Assembly: GCA_964632485.1 (NCBI GenBank)
Contig: CAZWDO010000011.1
Location: 1-64,000 of the forward strand
Length of the DNA stretch: 64,000 bases
Source: an uncultured bacterium
GTDB lineage: Bacteria; JAGOEH01
Reading direction: 5' to 3'
Shown here: piece by piece, positions 51,370-60,036 of the stretch
How the letters are laid out: the number at the start of each line of letters is the position of its first letter
Position numbering within the stretch: position 1 is the first letter of the stretch
Notes under the pieces: generated by a model
What the model was told of the DNA's origin: nothing
Database searches by the model: none
Seen by the model: the letters and a program-made list of their open reading frames with translations, nothing else
Made by a program: the position numbers and the translations under genes

Positions 51370-53019
51370 ATGAAAACTAAATTTGTTCTCTATACAGTTG
51401 CTTTTTTTTTATTGACCAGCCTTTTCTGCCAAAAGAAAAAAGCCATAACGGAATATTCCACTTTGCTATCCTATCAAACAATAACGATTAGTGAGATTCA
51501 ATTTTTAGATTTTTATTATCCATTTATTGCCTTTCGGGGGGAGATTGATTCCGATTCAACCCGACTGGCTAAACTCAAAGATTTATTCAAACTCTACTGG
51601 TACGCTTCGAAATACAATGGGAAAGGTGTAGACACGGTTTACGATTTAAAATACCTTTCCTATCGGCAGGGTATGATATTGAAAGAACATTTTCACCGCT
51701 CAATTCTACAAACCATTCCAGATGCGGATGAATCGCAACTTCGTGGACTCTTTTTAAAGCAAAATTTCCAATTCCGTATTACCTGGGTGGAAAGTCAGGA
51801 TAGCAGTCAGATTGCCCTTTACCATCAGGAAATCATGCAGGGTTTAAAATTTGATTCACTACCTGGAGTTACTGTTTCGGATCCTTTGCAATGGGGCGTG
51901 TTGCCTCCCCTGCTTGACGAAGCCGTATTTTCCCTTAAGCCGGGAGAATATTGCGCTCCCTTGCGCACGCTTTCAGGTTGGTACTTAATCCAACTGAAAG
52001 AAATCAACCAGAACCCGCTTATTACTGAAGAAGATTTCAATAAACACAAAGAAAAACTGGCTAAACAATGGAAAAATTTTGAAGCGCAAAAGAAGAGCGA
52101 ACTTTTTCTATTGGAAAAACTTGCCGGAAAAGAGATCATCACCCATCCGGAAGTGATGCCCAAAATCAGAGAGTTCATCACACTCATGCAGGTTACGGAT
52201 CCAGCGCTTCGCGAAAAGGAGCGGGAAAATGCAATGTTCGGTACAAACCTTCAAAAGCTGATGGATGAAAGTAATGTCCCCTTGGCAGAAATGGCTGGGA
52301 TGACGTTAACTATGCGTGATTTTATGATCAATTATCTGAACATCCCGAAATCAACCCGCAATGGCCCGATAGCTCAAACTATTCAACAGGTATTGCGCGA
52401 TGAATATCTGATCCGCGAATCTATTCGCTTGGGTTACGATCAGAACCCTTATGTACAACAACTACTCCAAAATTACCATATATTCTATGGCGCCAATATG
52501 ATTCAACATCAACTCAAAGAAAATGTAAATCCTTCCATAGATGACTACCAAACCTATTACGAATCCCATCAAAATCAATTTATCGATTCACTTCATTATA
52601 AAGGATATGTTTATCATGTTACTAATAAACAAAAATCAGTAGATTTTTATGAGCAGTATCAATCCGATTTAGTGAATGCCGGTAGCCAAATGATATTCCT
52701 GGATACCACTATCAAACTGGAATCACATATAGATCCCGCGTCCACAATATTTTTAATCACTCGCAGCTATCACCAATTGAAAAGCGAACAACTGAATCCA
52801 CCTATCACCTGGAACAAGGGGTTTACAATTTTCTATCCGTTGCTGATGGAAACGGTGAGTAAACGACTGGAAAATATTAAAGCCCAAACCGAAGAACTGG
52901 TATTTCGTGAAAAAATGAAATCACTCATTGCCGATTCTTTGGAATATGATATTGAATGGGATCGGGTGAATATTGATATGGAAAAACTGAAAACACTGGA
53001 TTTTAAAAAATACCGTTAG
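51370..53019 (+). CDS. Parvulin-like peptidylprolyl isomerase / SurA-type chaperone, probable lipoprotein (degenerate)
   Basis: QWGVLPPLLDEAVFSLKPGEYCAPLRTLSGWYLIQL rotamase motif; N-terminal hydrophobic segment ending in C. Confidence 0.7.
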   Translation: MKTKFVLYTVAFFLLTSLFCQKKKAITEYSTLLSYQTITISEIQFLDFYYPFIAFRGEIDSDSTRLAKLKDLFKLYWYASKYNGKGVDTVYDLKYLSYRQGMILKEHFHRSILQTIPDADESQLRGLFLKQNFQFRITWVESQDSSQIALYHQEIMQGLKFDSLPGVTVSDPLQWGVLPPLLDEAVFSLKPGEYCAPLRTLSGWYLIQLKEINQNPLITEEDFNKHKEKLAKQWKNFEAQKKSELFLLEKLAGKEIITHPEVMPKIREFITLMQVTDPALREKERENAMFGTNLQKLMDESNVPLAEMAGMTLTMRDFMINYLNIPKSTRNGPIAQTIQQVLRDEYLIRESIRLGYDQNPYVQQLLQNYHIFYGANMIQHQLKENVNPSIDDYQTYYESHQNQFIDSLHYKGYVYHVTNKQKSVDFYEQYQSDLVNAGSQMIFLDTTIKLESHIDPASTIFLITRSYHQLKSEQLNPPITWNKGFTIFYPLLMETVSKRLENIKAQTEELVFREKMKSLIADSLEYDIEWDRVNIDMEKLKTLDFKKYR

Positions 53020-53033
53020 GTCTAAAAAAAGTC

Positions 53034-53062
53034 TTGACTTTTTACGCTGAATAGGTTAAATT
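53034..53062 (+). promoter_or_regulatory. sigma70 promoter of tRNA-Val
   Basis: TTGACT-17-TAAATT, 9 bp upstream of the tRNA. Confidence 0.6.
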
Positions 53063-53071
53063 GTACGTATC

Positions 53072-53145
53072 GGGCGATTAGCTCAGCTGGTTAGAGTACG
53101 TGCCTCACATGCACGGGGTCACTGGTTCAACTCCAGTATCGCCCA
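53072..53145 (+). tRNA. tRNA-Val (anticodon CAC)
   Basis: GGGCGATTAGCTCAGCTGGTTAGAGTACGTGCCTCACATGCACGGGGTCACTGGTTCAACTCCAGTATCGCCCA. Confidence 0.96.
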
Positions 53146-53149
53146 TCCC

Positions 53150-54151
53150 ATGCAACATAACCGGGCGCTTTTTCAGGTCGGTAAATGTATTGTTCAATAT
53201 CATTTACATAAATCTTACGCACGCATTTATATGCCCTATCAGTTCCATGATTTCCATATTGACGAATGCCACCAGGATTTATATGCGACCGCGTTGAACG
53301 TGGAATTTAAAAAAATCCGGTTCGACCGCCAACGTCAGAAAATCCTGCAGGGGGACACAAAAAAAATCAATCATTATCAAACCCAATTTCGCGAACTGGT
53401 TCAAGACTCACTACCGTTCAAGACTCTCGATCGGCTTCCGGATAGCCAAATCATCATGCATTTGAGCTATCGATTTTATATGAATAGTGAATATGCGGAA
53501 TGGATTGATTCATCCGCTTTTCAGTATTTTCAATATCAAAATCATACTATACTGATAAATTCCGCCGCCCGACGCGCCGTGGAATTGGTTTTCGACGCCT
53601 TTCCCGAAACTGTAGCCATCGATGGCAACAGCCTTTTTTTCCTTTTGAACCACTCGCTTTGGGCGAATCATGGCATGGCGCTGCATGGAACGGCATTTCG
53701 GCATAACGATTGTGCATGGCTGTTCTTGGGGGCATCTGGAAGCGGAAAATCCACACTAAAAAGAAGCTACCCGGATTTGGAATGCTACAGCGACGACGGG
53801 GTCGTTCTCCATTATGAACCAAATGGGGAATTCACCGTTTATCCCTCGCCCTTTTATCAATTCTCCCGGTCGAGGCATCAACTGGATATCCATCCATCTT
53901 CTCTCAAAGCAATTTTTTTTCTTTTCCATGGAGATCGGACCCATCAGATCCCCGCCATGGATAAATTCTCTAATATCAACCGCATAATGATTCAGCAACA
54001 GCATTTTTATGATTATCTATCTCCTGTCCAAAAACGTTTTCAGTTTGAGCAAATCTCGCATGTCCTCGACAAAATTGCTTGCCATAATCTATTTATATCG
54101 CTCACTGAAAAAAAATTGATAGAGATTTTGAATATCACAAATACCGAATGA
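53150..54151 (+). CDS. HPr-kinase-related P-loop protein (ScmC/HprK-rel type; start may be 53231)
   Basis: LHGTAF....AWLFLGASGSGKSTL...YSDD...PSPF. Confidence 0.75.
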   Translation: MQHNRALFQVGKCIVQYHLHKSYARIYMPYQFHDFHIDECHQDLYATALNVEFKKIRFDRQRQKILQGDTKKINHYQTQFRELVQDSLPFKTLDRLPDSQIIMHLSYRFYMNSEYAEWIDSSAFQYFQYQNHTILINSAARRAVELVFDAFPETVAIDGNSLFFLLNHSLWANHGMALHGTAFRHNDCAWLFLGASGSGKSTLKRSYPDLECYSDDGVVLHYEPNGEFTVYPSPFYQFSRSRHQLDIHPSSLKAIFFLFHGDRTHQIPAMDKFSNINRIMIQQQHFYDYLSPVQKRFQFEQISHVLDKIACHNLFISLTEKKLIEILNITNTE

Positions 54152-54252
54152 TTTTTTTTCTTGCCAAATTAGTTTATTATTATTATATAGTCAGAAAACA
54201 ATGGATAGCTATATATAATAGCTTGGGAAAATCGCCAACTAAGGAGTGTTTA

Positions 54253-55239
54253 ATGAAAAAAAAATATCAACCGCCATCGATTTTCGAATTCAACGTATTG
54301 TCCAGTGAAGCCATGGGTTTTACTTCCATGACGTGCACCATTGGCGACAATGCGGCGCGGGAATGCACCAGCGGTGGCAATCCGACGGAAACGTGCCAGG
54401 TTGGCGGCTATGCGGCCTACTGGTGCAATCCGGGCACCAATGCCGGTTTTTATTGCCGAACAGGAACATATGCGGATTCGAATGTCTGTCAAACTGGAAC
54501 CCGGGCAGAAATTGACTGCAATGCTGGCAACAACCCGCACCCAGTGGCGAGTGTATGCAACAACGGCAATAATCCCGGATGGATGCATTGCCTGGAGGGA
54601 AGCAATGCGGATTCGGCATGCAGCGCCGGTCAAAGCGCCACCTCCGCCTGCTCCGGAGGCGCTTACGACGACGGCCAGGATTGCAGCTACGGCAATGCGC
54701 CGACGTATGAATGCAACAACGGCAACAACCCGGATAGCTATCACGCTTGTAATCTCGGCAACCAGGCATCCTATGACAACTGCACCAACGGCAACAATGC
54801 CGGCGGCGATTGCATCAACGGGGACGGCACCTGTTACAATGGATACACGGCCGGATGGACGTATTGTACATTCGGCACCAGCGCCGAACAGGGCTGCCAG
54901 AACGGCTACACTCCGGAAGATGTTTGCTCTCCGGGCGCGAATGCCACTTCCACTCCCGGCGGAGAATGTGAAAACGGATTCCAGGCTTATAACGGCGGCG
55001 GATCCTATAATGATTGCAATTTGGGCGAAGAAGCCCGAGGCTCCTATTCCTGCAATATCGGCAACCTGGCGAACTACGGCGGCTCCTACCCCACCTGCCG
55101 CACCGGCAACTCCGCCTATGACGGAGGCGGCGGCAGCTCCTGCGGAGTGGGTAATTCACCCGATTCGCGCATGGCCTCGCCCGGCATCCATTTCGATGAT
55201 TTTGACGAAAGCTGGCACTCGCCTCAAATGGAACGATAA
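54253..55239 (+). CDS. Cys-rich RiPP-precursor-like protein: KKKYQPP leader followed by 25 CxxG repeats (ScmA-like)
   Basis: AAGGAG RBS at 54241; leader MKKKYQPPSIFEF; every Cys after this start lies in CxxG. Confidence 0.75.
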   Translation: MKKKYQPPSIFEFNVLSSEAMGFTSMTCTIGDNAARECTSGGNPTETCQVGGYAAYWCNPGTNAGFYCRTGTYADSNVCQTGTRAEIDCNAGNNPHPVASVCNNGNNPGWMHCLEGSNADSACSAGQSATSACSGGAYDDGQDCSYGNAPTYECNNGNNPDSYHACNLGNQASYDNCTNGNNAGGDCINGDGTCYNGYTAGWTYCTFGTSAEQGCQNGYTPEDVCSPGANATSTPGGECENGFQAYNGGGSYNDCNLGEEARGSYSCNIGNLANYGGSYPTCRTGNSAYDGGGGSSCGVGNSPDSRMASPGIHFDDFDESWHSPQMER

Positions 55240-55297
55240 ACCCGATGATTGAAAAATCCGGTTATTGTACCGCAATTCGGACAATCGCCGGATTCGA

Positions 55298-56653
55298 TCA
55301 GCCGATAGCGGACAAAAACCACTTGAAAAGTCCGGTGGCGTCCAGAAATACAATAATCAAAGCCGCCGGCGCTAAATATTTGATCAGGATAATCCAAATT
55401 CTTTTTAAGGGAAAAGAGTGTTTGCCATTTTGGACGATTTCACCCACGGCTTTATCCACACCCCAAACATATCCGATAAATATTGCCAACAATAATCCAC
55501 CCAGGGGCAGCATTATGTTGGATGCTAAAAAATCAAGCAGGTCAAAAAAAGTTAACCCAAAGAGAGTCGCATCCTTCATGGGGCCAAAGGATAATGAACA
55601 GGGAATTGCCAGCAGAAATACAATCAATCCCAACACAGCGACCGCTCTCCCCCGCTTCCAATTGAATTCATCCACAACATAGGCGATTGTGACTTCAAAG
55701 AGAGAAATCGATGAGGTCAGCGCGGCAAAAAATACCAGCAAAAAAAAGATAAAACCGAATAAATGGCTCAAAGGCATTTTATTAAAAACTTCAGGCAAAG
55801 TAATGAACATCAGAGAAGGCCCTGCCGACGGTTCGTAATTAAATGCAAACACGGCCGGCAAAATGGCAAATCCGCTCAATAACGCCACCAGTGTATCAAT
55901 CGAAGGAACAATCAATGCATTTTGGGCTAAATTTTCCTCTTTGTTCAAATAGCTTCCATAGGTGATCATGCACCCCATTCCCAAGCTCAGAGAAAAGAAA
56001 ACCTGGCCCAGGGCCGCCACTATCGTGGATGCCTTGAATTGAGACCAATCCGGCATTAAATAAAAGCGTATTCCTTCCATGGCATTATCCAGAGTAACGC
56101 TGCGAATGACAATAATAAGCAAGAGAATAAATAGACCGGGCATTAAAACCTGACTATAGGCTTCAATTCCGGAAGCGATCCCACGATAGACAATAAACAG
56201 ATTGGAAAGGACAAATAATGCTAAAAACAATAACGGATACCAGGGGTGGGTGATAAAAGATGTGAAAAATTCAGAAGGAGTTTGGTGAGTGGCCGGAGTT
56301 AGGTAAACCAGTATATAACGCATCACCCAACCGCCAATGACCGAGTAGAACCCCAGAATAAAAAATCCCGCCAGAACTCCCATGCCACCGACCCAGGACC
56401 ATTTCCGGTTTAATTGCCGATAAGCGCCATAGGAGTTCCGCTGGGTGGCCCGTCCAACAACCATCTCTCCCAGCATAATAGTGAAACCGACTAACATGAG
56501 AATGATGATATAAACCAGGACAAAGACTCCGCCGCCATTTTTTCCCGCCAGATAGGGAAATTTCCACAGATTGCCCAAACCCACAGCAGAACCGCTGGCC
56601 GCCATGAGAAAGCCAAAATGAGAACGCCATTGCGCCCGTTCCGGTGCCGCCAT
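55298..56653 (-). CDS. Sodium-dependent transporter (NSS/SNF family)
   Basis: GSAVGLGNLWKFPY, GGGVF, QVFFSLSLG, ALTSSISL.E. Confidence 0.95.
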   Translation of the reverse strand: MAAPERAQWRSHFGFLMAASGSAVGLGNLWKFPYLAGKNGGGVFVLVYIIILMLVGFTIMLGEMVVGRATQRNSYGAYRQLNRKWSWVGGMGVLAGFFILGFYSVIGGWVMRYILVYLTPATHQTPSEFFTSFITHPWYPLLFLALFVLSNLFIVYRGIASGIEAYSQVLMPGLFILLLIIVIRSVTLDNAMEGIRFYLMPDWSQFKASTIVAALGQVFFSLSLGMGCMITYGSYLNKEENLAQNALIVPSIDTLVALLSGFAILPAVFAFNYEPSAGPSLMFITLPEVFNKMPLSHLFGFIFFLLVFFAALTSSISLFEVTIAYVVDEFNWKRGRAVAVLGLIVFLLAIPCSLSFGPMKDATLFGLTFFDLLDFLASNIMLPLGGLLLAIFIGYVWGVDKAVGEIVQNGKHSFPLKRIWIILIKYLAPAALIIVFLDATGLFKWFLSAIG

Positions 56654-56749
56654 TGATACACTCCTTTCTGACTATTCATTTTTATATTACACAAACATTA
56701 GAATCCACTGCAAGACAAAATCAATCACCCGATACGCTTGATCAATCTT

Positions 56750-57685
56750 TCACCGTGGGTCAGTGTCCATTCCGTAATCCATTTCATTTCTTTGCAAATC
56801 CGGTTCTTCATGCACTGAAACGATGGTATCCGGACCGAATCTTTCTTTTAACAATTGTTCACTACGAGTCGCTAAGTTGTGAGCATCAACAATATTCATC
56901 CGCGCATCCACCCTGATATGGATGTCAATAGCATAAACATCCCCAACTTTTCGGGTTTTCAAATTATGGGGATGCTTAACACCGTTAATTCCGCTGATAA
57001 TATTGATGATTTGAGTTTCTTCTTCCGGTGAAAGAGAGCCTTCCAATAAATCATGGATAGTATCCCAAAATATATTCAAAGACACTTTCAGGATTAACGC
57101 GCTAACAATAATAGCCGCCAGAGGATCAAGAACTGTCCAATGGTCACCCAGGAGAATGGCCCCCCCAATGCCGAAAGCGGTACCGATAGAGGAAAAAGCA
57201 TCAGAACGATGATGCCAGGCATTGGCAATGACTGCCTGACTCGAAATTCTACGGCCCACTTTTATAGTATAACGGTAAAGAATCTCTTTAACAATGATGG
57301 AAAAAAAAGCAAAAAACAGCGCGATCCATCCCGGCTGAGGTAGATGCTCGCCTTGAATGGCTTTTGAAATTTGAATAACTCCCCCATAAAGCAATCCACA
57401 ACCAACCAGAAACAACATAATGCTCACCAACAAAGCTGCCATAGTTTCATATTTTCCATGTCCGTAACGATGATCACTATCCGCCGGTTTATTTACTGAT
57501 TTAAAACTGTAAACTACAACCAAATCCGTAGCAAAATCGGATAAGGAGTGAATCGAATCGGCAATCATCGCGCTACTATGGCCTATAATCCCGGCTACCA
57601 ATTTTCCTACTGTCAATATTGAATTAACCCAGAATCCGCGCCAGGTAATCTGGATCGCTGCGCCGCTTCGTAATTCTTTATCCAT
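56750..57685 (-). CDS. Cation diffusion facilitator (FieF-like)
   Basis: SSAMIADSIHSLSD, H.YGHGKYE, ANAWHHRSD, VHEEP. Confidence 0.95.
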   Translation of the reverse strand: MDKELRSGAAIQITWRGFWVNSILTVGKLVAGIIGHSSAMIADSIHSLSDFATDLVVVYSFKSVNKPADSDHRYGHGKYETMAALLVSIMLFLVGCGLLYGGVIQISKAIQGEHLPQPGWIALFFAFFSIIVKEILYRYTIKVGRRISSQAVIANAWHHRSDAFSSIGTAFGIGGAILLGDHWTVLDPLAAIIVSALILKVSLNIFWDTIHDLLEGSLSPEEETQIINIISGINGVKHPHNLKTRKVGDVYAIDIHIRVDARMNIVDAHNLATRSEQLLKERFGPDTIVSVHEEPDLQRNEMDYGMDTDPR

Positions 57686-57873
57686 AATAACTCCTTTCTG
57701 ATTTTAAAAATTTAATCATTCTCCGTATAAAAGTCAATCGATTTCTTACGATTGCATTTATTTTTTAACTTGTTTTTTTTAAAAAAATAACGCATATTGT
57801 ATTTGTTTTCTTCCTGACGTTTGCTAAACTTTGAGGGATACTTAAATGAATAATCACCAAATGGTTTTATAAT

Positions 57874-59703
57874 ATGAAAAAACTCAGTGTATATTTCTTA
57901 CAATTACCCGTACCGGATGTCAACAGCGCTTATTCAGAAGCTAATATTCCGCTGGCTGCCGGTTATTTGACGGCGCTGGCTCAAACCCGATATCCGGTGG
58001 ATCAATTTAAAGCGTTTATACCCACTGATAATTTCATGAACCACGCGAATGATCAAAGAGTGATCCATTCGATTCTTGAAAGCGACGCCGAATTGGTTTG
58101 TTTCACCAATTACATGTGGAATATTGAGCGGCATCTTTTTATTGCAAGGGAGGTCAAAGAGCGGAACTCCCGAATAAAAACGATCTTTGGGGGACCAGAA
58201 ATTGCGCAAGGTTCACCATTTATTAATGCGTCGGAAATTGACTGCCATTGTTTCGGGGAAGGGGAGACTATTTGGCTGACATTACTGGATGATTGGTACG
58301 GCTGTGGAGTATTAAAACCGGCCTATTACGCCACACATCCCATAGATCCCGGACAGCTTCCCAATCCTTATCTGGCGGGAATTCTCTCTATCAATAAAAC
58401 CCATTCCGCCTTACTCGAAACGATGCGCGGATGTCCTTATCACTGCCATTATTGTTTTTACGGAAAATCGAATCCGGATTTGCGTTTTTTCCCCGAGATA
58501 ATGATTGCCGATTTTTTCCAGTATTGTCAACAACATTTGCCGGAAGAAATTTATCTACTGGACCCTTCCTTTAATCTGACACCCAACCTGATTGAACGCT
58601 TAAAAAAAATGGCCGGGTGGAATAAGCGCTCCATCCCGATCCATACTGAAATCCGTCTGGAAAGTCTGACGGACGAAGCAGCGGAATGGATGAAAAAGGC
58701 CGGATTCCGTTCCATTGAAGTGGGACTGCAAACCACTCATCGCCAGGCGCTGGAAGCGATCAATCGCAAATGGTCCCGTTCCCGGTTCATTCAGGGAGCC
58801 CGATATCTACAAGCCCGCGATATCGATATTAAAACCGGCGTAATCCTCGGTTTGCCCCTCGATCGCTTTTCCGACTTCCAAAAAACCATTGAGTTCGTCG
58901 ATAGTCTGAATCTTAGCGAAAGCATGGAAGTATACCCACTTTCACTCCTTCCTGGAACTTATCTCAGAGAGCAGGCTCAACAACTGGGGATAAAATTCAT
59001 GAAGCTTCCCCCTTATTGGGTAACTCAAACTCCCTCATTCGGTTCTGTTGAGATGATACAGGCGATTGCCTGGCTTGAAGATTTACTCTCGATTGATTAC
59101 TATCCTGCGATGACGCCCACTTTTTCCAATTCTGTAACCCACCATGAATTCATTTCAAGTATTGATTTTAGAGAAAAAAACGCACAGCGCTGGCAACGAT
59201 GGACCGCTATGCCCCTTGCGAATCATCTCACCCTCATATTCAAACCTGAGGATATCCCGGATTCATTTTATCTCCAGGCGCGGGAATTAGTTGAGAAAAA
59301 TCCATTTATGACCTTCCAAATCGTGCTTGCCGTTAATGAAATGCCTTCAATATCCCTGGCTATTAAAATTGCCAATACATTTTATAACCCGGATCACTAT
59401 CTGAACCGTCTGCACTATTTCAAAAACGATACCCAAAAAAAATATTCTGCGCGAATCTATCATTTAACTTCCTCCCCGATTTCAGGGGAAAAATATCTCG
59501 AAAATCCCCAACCGTTTGATCTGATTATCGATTATCGTCCCGGGATGTTGCAAACCTCACGGAACCTATTTGAAGGACTGCCTATTGTGTTGCTCAATAC
59601 TCAAATATCGATTCCCGAAATCCAGGAACTTAAAGCGATGTATCGCGGATTTGAAAATCTATTGATCATGGACGATTCCAATTCAAGACACCAATCTTTT
59701 TGA
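57874..59703 (+). CDS. B12-binding-domain radical SAM protein
   Basis: NIPLAAGYL...CFTNYMWN...GGPE...GEGE (cobalamin-binding); ETMRGCPYHCHYC (CxxxCxxC); no SPASM motif seen. Confidence 0.9.
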   Translation: MKKLSVYFLQLPVPDVNSAYSEANIPLAAGYLTALAQTRYPVDQFKAFIPTDNFMNHANDQRVIHSILESDAELVCFTNYMWNIERHLFIAREVKERNSRIKTIFGGPEIAQGSPFINASEIDCHCFGEGETIWLTLLDDWYGCGVLKPAYYATHPIDPGQLPNPYLAGILSINKTHSALLETMRGCPYHCHYCFYGKSNPDLRFFPEIMIADFFQYCQQHLPEEIYLLDPSFNLTPNLIERLKKMAGWNKRSIPIHTEIRLESLTDEAAEWMKKAGFRSIEVGLQTTHRQALEAINRKWSRSRFIQGARYLQARDIDIKTGVILGLPLDRFSDFQKTIEFVDSLNLSESMEVYPLSLLPGTYLREQAQQLGIKFMKLPPYWVTQTPSFGSVEMIQAIAWLEDLLSIDYYPAMTPTFSNSVTHHEFISSIDFREKNAQRWQRWTAMPLANHLTLIFKPEDIPDSFYLQARELVEKNPFMTFQIVLAVNEMPSISLAIKIANTFYNPDHYLNRLHYFKNDTQKKYSARIYHLTSSPISGEKYLENPQPFDLIIDYRPGMLQTSRNLFEGLPIVLLNTQISIPEIQELKAMYRGFENLLIMDDSNSRHQSF

Positions 59704-59768
59704 ATTGAATAGTCATATCAATCCAATCTGCATTAATCATTTTATATGACGGATATTTTTTTCCTGTA

Positions 59769-59796
59769 TTGACAAATGATTTTTTTTGAGTATATT
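59769..59796 (+). promoter_or_regulatory. sigma70-like promoter upstream of the secreted protein gene
   Basis: TTGACA-16-TATATT. Confidence 0.5.
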
Positions 59797-60036
59797 GTAT
59801 ATAGAGAATGCCTAAAGATCACCACTATCTTCCTTCCGGCGTTAAGACCGGAATTCATGGGTAAAATAATTCCACTTTTATCCACGGCATTACGGAGACG
59901 ATTCATGCTTACGGACCCGTGATAATGGCAGACAGCAGATTTATTCCGGGAATTTTCAATGAATGGATTCCAGATAATTAATCGCTTATTTTTAACACAC
60001 CCTGCATGTTATCAATATTCTTAAAAGGAGTGTAAA

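Noticed and set aside
53100-53297. ORFs overlapping tRNA-Val (and 62063-62263 overlapping tRNA-Arg)
   Set aside because: They start inside tRNA genes and have no coding signature
54341-55252. 303-aa Ala/Thr-rich overlapping ORF and antisense ORFs over the CxxG gene
   Set aside because: Shadow frames produced by repeated TGC/AAC/GGC codons; the CxxG frame has the RBS and the coherent motif
53146-55300. Integrated island at tRNA-Val
   Set aside because: No integrase and no duplicate of the tRNA 3' end seen; only position and GC shift suggest it
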